Part shown: one piece after another, positions 47,014-57,400 of the stretch | How the letters are laid out: the number at the start of each line of letters is the position of its first letter | Numbering within the stretch: position 1 is the stretch's first letter | DNA from: a virus | IMG/VR virus record: IMGVR_UViG_3300024503_000419 | Length of the DNA: 64,000 nucleotides | Strand: one strand, 5' to 3' | Position numbers and translations under genes: made by a program | The notes under the pieces: generated by a model | Told to the model about the DNA's origin: nothing | Databases searched by the model: none | What the model saw: the letters and a program-made list of their open reading frames with translations, nothing else

Positions 47014-49986
47014 ATGCCTAATTGCTCTCCTTGTGGATGTTATGACAATATAACCCTTACTACCCAAACAGGATTGTCATTCAATGCAAACGACTTTGTG
47101 CAGTTGTATGATGGTGTTAATTCTTACATATGGGGTGAAATTGTTTCATATAATAGTGGAACTGGAGAACTAGTTCTTAAACCTTGTCAATTTTGTGGAG
47201 ACGCAGGTGTTATAACTAATTGGACCATCACGTTATCTGGCATCCCTGGCCCAAGTGGAACTAGTGGAATAGGAATCTTTACTGCTGGTTCTGGTACTTG
47301 TTCTTCTATTAGATGTGGTGTTAATAATACAGCACCAGGTGATTATAGTTTTGCTGGAGGTGGTCAATGTAATACAGCTGGTGGGTGTCACTCATTTGTT
47401 GGTGGTGGATATCTAAATATAATCAGTAATAGTAATGGTACATGTAACTCAGCAATTGTAGGTGGAAAATTTAATATAAATCAAACTAGATTTTCTACTA
47501 TAGCTGGAGGAGAGTGTAATCAAATCTTAACATTATCAGGCTATGAGGGTTGGAGCTTTATTGGTGGAGGATCTTATAATATAATTTGTGGTTCTTCTCA
47601 TACAATTTCTGGAGGTAACTATAATACTATTACTGCTGGAACATATGGAACAGCCCAAGCTCACTTTATTGGTGGAGGTAACTGTAATACTATTAGTAGT
47701 GATTATAATACAAACACTATTTCTGGAGGTTACTATAACACCATAAGCGGCATGTATACCACAAATGCTTTTATTGGTGGAGGAAATACTAATACTGTTT
47801 GTTCACAAAATTCAAGTATTTTATCAGGATTCTGTAATACTATTAGTAGCAACTGTTGGAATCCAAACTCAGCTGGTTCATCTACCATACTATCAGGATA
47901 TAATAATAACATAACATGTAATACACTCTCATCTGCTATTGTTGGCGGAAGATATAATACAATATCAGGAGGATATTCCGCATTTATAGGTGGTGGTGAG
48001 TGTAATATTGCTGGTATTGGTTATTCAACTGTTAGTAGTGGTTATTGCAACGTAGCATATTATGGAGGATTTGTTGGTACAGGAGCGTTTAATACGGCTG
48101 GCGCTGGTGAATCATTTATAGGAGCAGGTATGTATAATACAGCTTGTGGAATACATTCAGCAATAGTAAGTGGACAATATAATACTATATCTTCAAATTA
48201 TTCATTTATTGGTGGAGGAAGGTTTAATGTGAATGGAGGAGACTGTTCATCTATTGCAGGTGGTACTTATAACTATACTTATGGACAAAACTCAACTGTT
48301 GGTGGAGGAGATGGTAACCAAGCGTGTGGATCTTATTCAGCAATTGTTAACGGTTTATTAAATACAGCAAGTGGTTATAACTCAGTAGTATTAGGTGGTA
48401 GGGGTAATACAGCATCTGCTCCATATAGTGCAGTATTTGGCTGCGGATTAACTAACTCTGTAGCTTGTTCATTCAAAGCCAATAGATTAATTGCAGCTAA
48501 CTTAGCAACTGCTGGTTGTGCTGTTTGTACTGATGCAAATGGAATGTTAGTTCCATACACTGCAGGTGGTGGTGGAATTATGGTTGCAGGTGCAGGTTGT
48601 AATTCTACACTTAGATGTGGAGTTAGTAATACTGCATGTGGAGATTATAGCTTTGCAGGTGGTGGACAATGTAATACAAACGGAGGATTAGCTACAAGTA
48701 TAGTAGGAGGTACAAATAACACAGCAGCACAATATGTGTCTTGTACATATAATATAACAAATTCCAATTTATATGGAATGGGCTATTTGCAATTAAATAG
48801 CTCTTACGGAGATGTTACATCAATGTTCCCAAATGGTTCTACAGTAACGATGAACTCAGCCACTTATGGTCTAATGACAGGACAGGTTACTGTGAGTAAC
48901 TACTACGGCTGGATACCTGCCACTGTAATTGCAACGACTTGCTCCTCTTTCTATTGTGATTTTACAACCATCACTGGAAGTATAGGTTCTTCAAACTCAT
49001 TTATAGGAGGTGGACAGTATAATACAGTTTGCTCAAATAATTCAAATATTGTAGGTGGCCGTAGTAATACAATTCATCCAGCTTATTCAGCAATAGTAGG
49101 TGGGTGTAATAATACAGTTTGTTCTAAGCGTTCATTTATAGGTGGAGGAAGTTATAACATAATAGATGGGTATTCAAATACTGCAACTATTGTGGGTGGT
49201 ACTGGTAACTGTATTGCCCCTAATTACAACAACTCATTTAGTGCATATTATACATTTATTGGAGGCGGTACTTCTAACTTTGCTAGTAATCAATACTCAA
49301 CTATTGTTGGTGGATGTGCAAATAGTGCTAGTGGTTACTCATCATTTATTGGTAATGGATACCAGAATGCTGCTCGTGGATACTATTCTGCAGTAGTTGG
49401 AGGTGGTAGTAATATAGTAGACGGTGATGGTTCATTTATTGGAGGTGGTTATTTTAACACGGTTTGTTGTAGCCAATCAGTAATCCTAGGAGGTATGGGT
49501 AATACAGCCTCTGGAAATTATTCAGGAGTATTTGGATGTTGTATTGTTAACAGTATTGCTTGTTCTTTTGCATCAAACCAATTGTGGGCTTGTAATCTTG
49601 TAGGTACAACAGTTGCTTTATGTGTTGGAACAAATGGTGTGATTGTTAGAAATAGCTCTGACATACGTTTAAAAACAAACATCTGTGGTCTTTCTTATGG
49701 ATTATGTGATGTTAAAAAACTGAACCCTGTTAGCTTTGACTGGAATGAAACAGCAAGAGAAACTAGAGGATGTAATAGACAAATTGGCTTCATAGCTCAA
49801 GAGGTTGAACCAATTATACCAGAAGCAGTAGGTAGAAGTGCAGAGAGTGATGAAATGTCTCTAAGTCCAGAGAAAATAATTCCAGTTCTTACTAAAGCAT
49901 TACAAGAATTAAGTGCTAAATTTGATGCTCAAGAACAAAAAATAGCTACCTTAGAGGATATAATCAAAAGAAACAATTTAGTTTAA
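47014..49986 (+). CDS. Beta-helical tail spike/fibre with a C-terminal Peptidase S74 intramolecular chaperone
   Basis: 990 aa; many S(F/A)I(G/V)GGxxN repeats; SDIRLKTNI, LNPVSFDWN, IGFIAQEV and IPVLTKALQEL chaperone motifs. Confidence 0.85.
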   Translation: MPNCSPCGCYDNITLTTQTGLSFNANDFVQLYDGVNSYIWGEIVSYNSGTGELVLKPCQFCGDAGVITNWTITLSGIPGPSGTSGIGIFTAGSGTCSSIRCGVNNTAPGDYSFAGGGQCNTAGGCHSFVGGGYLNIISNSNGTCNSAIVGGKFNINQTRFSTIAGGECNQILTLSGYEGWSFIGGGSYNIICGSSHTISGGNYNTITAGTYGTAQAHFIGGGNCNTISSDYNTNTISGGYYNTISGMYTTNAFIGGGNTNTVCSQNSSILSGFCNTISSNCWNPNSAGSSTILSGYNNNITCNTLSSAIVGGRYNTISGGYSAFIGGGECNIAGIGYSTVSSGYCNVAYYGGFVGTGAFNTAGAGESFIGAGMYNTACGIHSAIVSGQYNTISSNYSFIGGGRFNVNGGDCSSIAGGTYNYTYGQNSTVGGGDGNQACGSYSAIVNGLLNTASGYNSVVLGGRGNTASAPYSAVFGCGLTNSVACSFKANRLIAANLATAGCAVCTDANGMLVPYTAGGGGIMVAGAGCNSTLRCGVSNTACGDYSFAGGGQCNTNGGLATSIVGGTNNTAAQYVSCTYNITNSNLYGMGYLQLNSSYGDVTSMFPNGSTVTMNSATYGLMTGQVTVSNYYGWIPATVIATTCSSFYCDFTTITGSIGSSNSFIGGGQYNTVCSNNSNIVGGRSNTIHPAYSAIVGGCNNTVCSKRSFIGGGSYNIIDGYSNTATIVGGTGNCIAPNYNNSFSAYYTFIGGGTSNFASNQYSTIVGGCANSASGYSSFIGNGYQNAARGYYSAVVGGGSNIVDGDGSFIGGGYFNTVCCSQSVILGGMGNTASGNYSGVFGCCIVNSIACSFASNQLWACNLVGTTVALCVGTNGVIVRNSSDIRLKTNICGLSYGLCDVKKLNPVSFDWNETARETRGCNRQIGFIAQEVEPIIPEAVGRSAESDEMSLSPEKIIPVLTKALQELSAKFDAQEQKIATLEDIIKRNNLV

Positions 49987-50005
49987 ACATAAAAAAATAA
50001 ATATT

Positions 50006-50227
50006 ATGGCAGATTTAACAGCCTTAGAGGCAGAATTAAGAGCAACTCAATTAGAAATTGAATTAGCAAGAAAAGCTAAAATGGAAGCATTTATTGCACA
50101 AAGAAAAGCTGAGGAAGAAGCAGCAGCAGCAGCTGAGGCAGCAAAAACTCCTGAGCAAAAAGCAGCAGAATTGCAAGCTAAAATTGATGAGCATAAAGCT
50201 CGTTTAGCTCAATTAAAAGCTGAATAA
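50006..50227 (+). CDS. Small Ala/Glu/Lys-rich coiled-coil protein, possible fibre assembly factor
   Basis: 73 aa directly after the spike gene. Confidence 0.55.
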   Translation: MADLTALEAELRATQLEIELARKAKMEAFIAQRKAEEEAAAAAEAAKTPEQKAAELQAKIDEHKARLAQLKAE

Positions 50228-50231
50228 AAAT

Positions 50232-50262
50232 TTTGTTATTCAAAATAGTTGGTTTACCTTTG
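50232..50262 (+). promoter_or_regulatory. Bacteroidota-type promoter of the GT9/sulfotransferase/PAPS operon
   Basis: TTTG (50232-50235), 19-nt spacer, TACCTTTG (50255-50262): perfect consensus. Confidence 0.85.
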
Positions 50263-50281
50263 GAGGTAAAATCAACCATAC

Positions 50282-51148
50282 ATGAATATAATATTCCAAA
50301 TTAATGGCGGTATTGGCAAGGTGATTGCTGGTACCGCCATTTGTGCTTCTATCAAGGCTAAGTATCCTGATAGTAAACTTATTGTTGTCTCTGGTTATCC
50401 AGATGTATTCTTAGGTAATAAGAATGTTGACAGAGCATACGCTTTTGGACAACAGGCTTATTTCTATAAGGAATACATTGAGAATCAAGAGATTATGGTA
50501 TTTGCACACGATCCATACTTGGAAGCAAAGCACATTAAACAAGATGAACACCTTATTGAAACATGGTGTAATTTGTACGGTTTACCAGTAACAAAGACTG
50601 TTGGAGAGCTATTTCTTACACAGAGAGAAATAGATTTCTTTAGCAAAAAATTTGTTTCTGATAAGCCTATTTTTTTGATGCAAACTAATGGTGGTGCTGA
50701 GACAGAACAGAAATACTCTTGGGCTAGAGATATTCCTAGCTATATAGTAGAGAATGTTATACATGAGTTTAGAGAGAAGTATAACATTGTTCATATAAAG
50801 AGAGAAGATCAGATAGGTTACGAAGGAACATTTGCTGTGTCTGATACCTTCAGAGCATTGATTGTTCTTATAAACCTTAGTGAAAAGAGATTGTTAATGG
50901 ATAGCTTTGGACAACATGCAGCTGCAGCTTTGAATAAACCTTCTACAGTGTTGTGGGTTGCTAACAGTCCTAAGGTGTTTGGATATGACTTACATACAAA
51001 CATTGTAGCTAACTCAGGAACAATTAGTCCAGAATTAAGAAATGCCTATCTAAGTAAGTATAATATTGGAGGTGACCCTATTGAGTTTCCTTACAACAAA
51101 GAGTCTGAAATATTTAATGTAGATGCTGTAATTAACTCCTTAAAATAA
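50282..51148 (+). CDS. GT9-like (GT-B fold, heptosyltransferase-related) glycosyltransferase
   Basis: NGGIGKVIAGT N-terminal loop; MDSFGQHAAAALNKPSTVLW corresponds to the GT9 DSG..H.AAAL..P.V.L motif. Confidence 0.7.
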   Translation: MNIIFQINGGIGKVIAGTAICASIKAKYPDSKLIVVSGYPDVFLGNKNVDRAYAFGQQAYFYKEYIENQEIMVFAHDPYLEAKHIKQDEHLIETWCNLYGLPVTKTVGELFLTQREIDFFSKKFVSDKPIFLMQTNGGAETEQKYSWARDIPSYIVENVIHEFREKYNIVHIKREDQIGYEGTFAVSDTFRALIVLINLSEKRLLMDSFGQHAAAALNKPSTVLWVANSPKVFGYDLHTNIVANSGTISPELRNAYLSKYNIGGDPIEFPYNKESEIFNVDAVINSLK

Positions 51149-51154
51149 ACCAAC

Positions 51155-51976
51155 ATGGAAAAGATATTCTATCAAAGCTCATTGCCTAGAGCAGGAAGTA
51201 CATTGTTGCAAAACATACTAGCTCAAAATCCTGATATATACGCTACACCTACAAGTGGTGTGTTAGAACTTATATTTGGTGCACGTGCTAACTATACAAA
51301 CTCAGCAGAGTTTAAAGCTCAAGATCCTGAGTTAATGAAAACAGGATGGCAAGCATTTGCTAAAGCTGGAATGGATGCATTCTACAATGCTGTTACAGAT
51401 AAAAAATATGTGATAGATAAGTCTCGTGGATGGGGTATTCACTATGATTTCTTACAGTTTGTACAAGGTGGTGAACCTAAAATCATTTGCATGGTTAGAG
51501 ACCTACGTGATGTATTTGCTTCTATGGAGAACAACTTCAGAAAGCATCCTGAGAAGCAATCAGACATTTTGGATTGGTCTAAAGGTCAAGGTACTACTGT
51601 ACCAAAGCGTATTGATATCTGGTCACAGAATCCTCCTGTAGGACTAGCTATTGAAAGACTAGCTGAGATATTTAGACTAGGTATTAATACTAAAATATTA
51701 TTCATTAAATTTGAAGACCTATGTCTCTATCCAGAAACAGAGATGACAAGGATATATCAATACCTTGGTATACCACACTACCACCATGATTTTGATAACA
51801 TTGAGCAAATTACTAAGGAGGATGATGAAGTGTATGGAGCATTTGGTGATCATGTCATTAGAACAAAGCTAGAGCCTGTTCCTTCTAGAGCAAAAGCATT
51901 GTTAGGGAAAGATGTAGTTGATTGGATATACAACAACTACAAATGGTTTTATGACTATTTTAGATATTCAAAATGA
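51155..51976 (+). CDS. PAPS-dependent sulfotransferase
   Basis: 5'-PSB loop SLPRAGSTLLQNIL, DKSR, 3'-PB motif MVRDLRDVFAS, IKFEDL. Confidence 0.9.
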   Translation: MEKIFYQSSLPRAGSTLLQNILAQNPDIYATPTSGVLELIFGARANYTNSAEFKAQDPELMKTGWQAFAKAGMDAFYNAVTDKKYVIDKSRGWGIHYDFLQFVQGGEPKIICMVRDLRDVFASMENNFRKHPEKQSDILDWSKGQGTTVPKRIDIWSQNPPVGLAIERLAEIFRLGINTKILFIKFEDLCLYPETEMTRIYQYLGIPHYHHDFDNIEQITKEDDEVYGAFGDHVIRTKLEPVPSRAKALLGKDVVDWIYNNYKWFYDYFRYSK

Positions 51977-52416
51977 TTATAGTGTTATTTGGACAGCCTA
52001 ATTGTGGAAAGTCCACATTGGCTGATGCGCTTATAAAGGAAAGGTTTACTATTGTAAACATTGATGGAGACAAGCTCAGAGAGATATTTGTGAACAAAGA
52101 TTACAGCAGAGAGGGGAGAATCAAGAATCTGAACAGGGCTAGTGATATTGCTACGTTCATGAGCACTATTGGGGATGACATCATCCTATCTCTCGTATAT
52201 CCATATAAGGAAGCTAGAGACTACCTCAACAGCTTGTGTGACTCTGTCTATTGGGTTTATTTGACATATGATGAGCCTAGAGGCAGGGAATCATTTCATG
52301 TAAAGGATTTTGAAGAGCCTGGAGATGATGAACGTGTTCTTCGTCTGAACACTTCTACAACATCCATAGAGGACTGTATAACTAAAATAATGACACATGC
52401 AAAACTTCTTGGCTAG
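51973..52416 (+). CDS. cysC: Adenylyl-sulfate (APS) kinase
   Basis: P-loop GQPNCGKST, IDGDKLRE, DYSREGRIKNL, FEEP motifs of CysC. Confidence 0.8.
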   Translation: MIIVLFGQPNCGKSTLADALIKERFTIVNIDGDKLREIFVNKDYSREGRIKNLNRASDIATFMSTIGDDIILSLVYPYKEARDYLNSLCDSVYWVYLTYDEPRGRESFHVKDFEEPGDDERVLRLNTSTTSIEDCITKIMTHAKLLG

Positions 52417-52795
52417 ATCAGCAGGACCCACTTCTTCCAATGACAAGAAATATTCTATGTTTATAGGAAGATGGCAACCCTGGCACGCTGGACACAGATG
52501 GTTAATTGACCAGAGACTCAATGAAGGAAAGAATGTCCTCCTCTGTATAAGAGATGTAGAACCAGATGAGAAGAATCCTTGGACCGCACATCAAGTGATG
52601 TTAAACTTATTCGATGAACTTAAAGACTTGGTTGAATCAGGAAGAGTTAGGGTTATTACTATACCTGATATTGAATCTATTAATATTGGTAGGGGTGTTG
52701 GTTATGATGTCATAGAACACGTACCCCCTCAGGAGATACATGACATATCTGCTACAAAAATCCGTGAGCAAATGAAAGTAGAAGGTAAGCTATGA
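52397..52795 (+). CDS. HxGH-family nucleotidyltransferase, candidate minimal ATP sulfurylase
   Basis: FIGRWQPWHAGH and ISATKIRE motifs; lies between the APS kinase and a DUF2061-like gene. Confidence 0.65.
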   Translation: MQNFLARSAGPTSSNDKKYSMFIGRWQPWHAGHRWLIDQRLNEGKNVLLCIRDVEPDEKNPWTAHQVMLNLFDELKDLVESGRVRVITIPDIESINIGRGVGYDVIEHVPPQEIHDISATKIREQMKVEGKL

Positions 52796-53004
52796 CTGTA
52801 AGCAAGAAAAGACATATAGCCAAAACAATCAGCTACAGGATTGTCAGCACACTCATTGGGTTTGGTATTATGTGGCTAGTGACAGGAAGTGTGAAAATAG
52901 GAGCTGCATTTGGTGTAGCTGAGCTAGTGTACAAGCCTATACAATATTACCTACATGAGCGTATTTGGTATAAATGGATTAGATATGGACTGAAGAAAGA
53001 CTAA
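52792..53004 (+). CDS. DUF2061-like small membrane protein
   Basis: AKTISYRIVST...YYLHERIW signature; this family is often found beside sulfate-activation genes. Confidence 0.75.
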   Translation: MTVSKKRHIAKTISYRIVSTLIGFGIMWLVTGSVKIGAAFGVAELVYKPIQYYLHERIWYKWIRYGLKKD

Positions 53005-53794
53005 GCATTGCTTTGTATTCTTCTAGCCCTTTCTCCAAATTGTATTTAGCTTCCCAACCAGGCATAAACAAATCAGCCTTGGTAAACATCTGATAGTTGT
53101 CAGGCATTTCAAACTTGAACTTGTATTTGAATGGTATATCCATTATCTCTAGAACATTCTCAAACGTTCTGGGCTCTCCTGTTCCTACATCAAACCATCC
53201 TCCTTTGAATTCATTGTAATGCTGCCAGGCATACAAATTTGCATCTACAACATCCTTTATATACACAAAGTCTCTCACAGGTTGTCCTGGAAAGAGCATC
53301 ACTTCTTCTCCAAGCTGATGTTTCTTATAAGATTGATGAGCAATAGAAGCCATGTTTCCTTTGTGCATTTCTCCTGGTCCATACACATTGAAATAACGTA
53401 GGGCCACTCCCTTGCTCTTTATTACAAACTCCTCTCCCAGAAACTTACTCCATGCATAGAGTGTTTCAGGACTTCCCTTTGTTCCATATATAGCAGCTGA
53501 TGAACTATATATAATGGGAATGCCTCTGTGCTGACACCAGCTAGCAATGATGTTAGTGGAATGTACATTGAGCATAAGCATCTCATTGATGTCCTTGTTC
53601 TGTGTATCTGAACAAGCACCTACATGAAACACCACTTCTGGGTTCATGTCTACAAGATATTCTATAAGTCTATCCTGCCATCTGGCTCTATCAAATATCC
53701 ATTTCTCAAGACCCTTTACAGTGTGCCCCTGTCTTTCAAGTTCTGTCTGTAAAGCTTTGCCAATAAATCCGTTGTTACCTGTTACGCAGACCAT
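52979..53794 (-). CDS. hldD: ADP-L-glycero-D-manno-heptose 6-epimerase
   Basis: VTGNNGFIG, FHVGACSDT, YSSSAAIYG, YAWSK, LRYFNVYGPGEMHKGNMAS, RDFVY and YQMFTKAD closely parallel HldD/RfaD; start placed at the ATG at 53794. Confidence 0.88.
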   Translation of the reverse strand: MVCVTGNNGFIGKALQTELERQGHTVKGLEKWIFDRARWQDRLIEYLVDMNPEVVFHVGACSDTQNKDINEMLMLNVHSTNIIASWCQHRGIPIIYSSSAAIYGTKGSPETLYAWSKFLGEEFVIKSKGVALRYFNVYGPGEMHKGNMASIAHQSYKKHQLGEEVMLFPGQPVRDFVYIKDVVDANLYAWQHYNEFKGGWFDVGTGEPRTFENVLEIMDIPFKYKFKFEMPDNYQMFTKADLFMPGWEAKYNLEKGLEEYKAMLSLSSVHI

Positions 53795-54435
53795 ATGTGT
53801 ATTATTATTTCTGTATAATATGCTAGGAATTCTTCTGACCAAACTCCTGCTGTGATGTCCACACCATCCAAGGAATACACCTTGAAATTTACATCATGTA
53901 AATATTCATCTCTAAACTTCTTGAATTTTTGTTTCAGAAGAAGATTGCTCAAATGCCATTCTCCAGCTATCTTCTTCATATTGCTCAGTATCCATGGTTT
54001 GTTTTCTAGGGTGAATATGTCATACTCCCCACCCTCACAATCCATCTTAAGGAAGTCTATCCTACCAATATTGTAATCTTCAATCACCTGCTTAAAGGTG
54101 GTGCAATACGTAGATTCCCCCTGATCATCAAAGACAAACTCACCATCAAACTTACCTACATGTCCTGATATAGCTTTGTTGATACATGTAACAGGAGCGT
54201 GTCTTGTATTATACACCAGTGTCTTAAACTCTGAATAACTAGGCTCAAAACAGAACACGTGCTTTGGATGCTTATCTAGGATGGAATAGGTGAATATACC
54301 TATACTTGCTCCAATATCAAACACCACATCACCCTCTTCTACGGTGAAGCATTTCTCATATATCCTATCTACAAATGTTTCTCTCTTTACTGTCTCTATA
54401 AATATGGCGTCTGATGTTCCCCAATTAAATTCCAT
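53782..54435 (-). CDS. FkbM-family SAM-dependent methyltransferase
   Basis: VVFDIGASIGIF, VFCFEP, IDFLKMDCEGGEYDIF. Confidence 0.88.
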   Translation of the reverse strand: MEFNWGTSDAIFIETVKRETFVDRIYEKCFTVEEGDVVFDIGASIGIFTYSILDKHPKHVFCFEPSYSEFKTLVYNTRHAPVTCINKAISGHVGKFDGEFVFDDQGESTYCTTFKQVIEDYNIGRIDFLKMDCEGGEYDIFTLENKPWILSNMKKIAGEWHLSNLLLKQKFKKFRDEYLHDVNFKVYSLDGVDITAGVWSEEFLAYYTEIIIHIWSA

Positions 54436-57400
54436 GATTGTATTTTTTTAATTACGTCTTCAGATTTAATAGATGTCTGACATTCCCATTGTCTGTCTGT
54501 TCCTTTATGCACAGGACACCAGTTCCAATCTCCTGCATCAAATCTGTATTCAGCTTTGTTCCAGCATCCATGACATACATTCTCATTAGTAATTCTAATA
54601 CAGCTAAACTCATGGTCAGCAGCTGTAAAGTTACTAATCATTACCACTTGTTTATTCAGAGCCCAAGCTAACCAGCTTAGCCCACTGGATAGTCCTATAA
54701 AGAACTCACTGTGATGGATAACATTCATGGTGTTCTCCATAGATGTATCTTCAAGCTGTTCACAATTGTCAAAAGGATTCTTCTCCTTGGACACATTAAC
54801 TATCTTATATCCATTCTCATGTAAGAAGTTGATGGTGAGCTGCCAGTCTTCCTTCTGCCAAAACTTACATCCAGCCGTTGAATTAGTGGCTATTGTAACA
54901 TATCTACCATATGAATTGTTACCAGGTGTAAAGGCTAAACGTGGTCTAATCTCTTGAAAATCAAGACCTAAGATGTTGGTTGCTGTCTGTTGGAGGGGAA
55001 TAGTATTACACAAAGCTGGCTCCTTATTACCATCATAGAACCAACCCACACTGTACATACCAAGGATGTTACCTACACCTGTTCCTGGTTCTACAAACTC
55101 AAGCTCTGGATAGACACTCTCAAATAGGAAGTTCTTAAATGTGCTCACTGTTACATGGCAATTGTGCTTCCTCTTGAACTCAAGTACATATGGCATCCAT
55201 GCAATTGTGTCTCCTAGTGATTTGCTATCCATAGCTATATAGACACGCTGGCCCTCATAATTGAGTGTATACTCATAGTATATACTTTCATCCTTCCACA
55301 CCTTGATGGTCCATTTGGTAAACCATCTCCTGTTGAGCTTCACCCAGTGATTCACCTTTATCTTGTTCTCATAGTGACACACACCCTGCTCATCATAAAA
55401 TCTGACAGTGAAGGTGCTTTTGGAATTACCTGTTATCTCTAGGAATGGCTCGTGTATAAATGTGTGGGTGATATTAATCAGTTCTTTGTCAGGCTGTATG
55501 GGTCTATTCATCACCTCCTGATACAGATCAATATGCTTCTGTGCGAAATCAAGCTTCTGTCCTTCAGGAATATCGTAGCTCACATCTGTATCTAACAGCT
55601 GGGTGAGCTGTTCTTTCATCTTTTCAGGCTTCAGATCTGTAATATACTGAGTGAACATGTCTCCATACTGAGGAAGATTTCTTGCCAGGATTGGCAGTCC
55701 ATATCCTATAGCTTCTCTAATCACCAGTGGATTGCATTCAAATGTACTGTTAAACAGGAACACATCTGCAGCTGCCATAAACCTACCCACATCATCACGC
55801 TCTCCCCATACATGTACATTAGGTGGTATGTCCTTCATAATGGGTTCCCAGTAGTGCTGGAAGTTACCAGCCTGATTACCTACAAAGTGGAATTGTACAT
55901 CTGGCATTTGTCTAGCCAGCTCTACAGCTTCTCCTTGGTTCTTACCAGCAGTCCATAGTCCTACATTAAGCACATGTTTACCAGGTCCTAGATCTATGGG
56001 CTCAGATTCTTTCTTCACGATAGGAAACTCAATCACCTCCTTTCTAGAAGGCATATTAGCAAACGTCTTTAGATGGTGTGGTGTACAGAACGCATATGCA
56101 TCTGGATGATAGCGCTTCTCTAAGTCTGGCTTGAACACAATGTTGTGACATGTTTCAATCATCCTCCAGGTTCTATTTGGACTGTACAGCGCTTGTCTCA
56201 CCTCTTCTGGCCAGTTGTTCCAGCCATCTTCCACCATCTCATCCACATGCACTATATCTACAGCATGTCTTTTGATGATATCAATCACCTCCATCTTATT
56301 CTCTCCCAAGGTGTAGAAGTGGTGGGCTATTTCCTTTATCTGATTCTTCTGGACAACAAAGTGATCACTGTGGTTGGAATACTCCACAACAATAATCTTA
56401 GATTTGGAATAGGCCAACAGATCTGCTATTCTCTCTAAAAGGAAGGCAGGCATTCCACCTGTCGATAGATGTGGTGCCAGGAATAATATCTTAAGCTGAT
56501 TCTTCTGGCGCTCTAACATTCTGTACATAGTGACAGCATCCTTTTCTCCGTGATAGAATAGTAACTGGTCTACATCTGCAGGCACAGCTACAAAATGTGC
56601 TAGGTGCTGCTTCTTAGTTCTGAATGTGACATTATTCACTGTGTTCAAGGATCCATTCATGTATATGTATGGTAGTCCATCTAATGCCTTGTACTTCCAC
56701 AGAAGCACGTTAGCTATAGTTTCCTCATGATAGGGAGCATAGTATTGTGGATTCTGTAACACCTTGGGATGGTTACACATCCACCACCAACTGTCAAGGA
56801 ATTCTTGACAGTATTCACCAGCTACAAAATATCCTGTTTGTCTGTATTTATCTCTGATGTATTGATCTACACCAAACAGCTCACAAGCTGGATGTTCAAG
56901 AGTAGTGGATAGGTCATCTCTACTATCAGCCCCACCTCTTCCATTGCTGATCATCCATTCATATATTCCCTCTGTAAAATACGGATAGGCACTCTTCACT
57001 GGGAAATAGTCAAATATTCTGTCTACATACTTGGTAGCCACACTATCACTATCCACATAGGCCACTGTTTTAGCATGCTTTAACGCTTCTTTAACAATTA
57101 GTGGGCGCTGGATGAGGATGTTGTAAATGTCTGGATTAGCTCTGTCTATATACTTCTGCTGAGGAAGATCCTTGGTTTTACAATCCCAACGGAATGTAGC
57201 AGCTCCCTTTATATCCACATCTGAGTTGAGCATATAAACCATAACAGGTAGACTGCTAAAGGTTCTAAGAGAATCTACGCACGCCTGCACAGTGTCCTTA
57301 TAGCTCTCTGTAGCATATAAGACATATGCTTTTTCCCATCTAATGTCCTGATTTACATAGTATCCATACCACTGGTTGTCATATAGCTTCTCCAGTCCTG

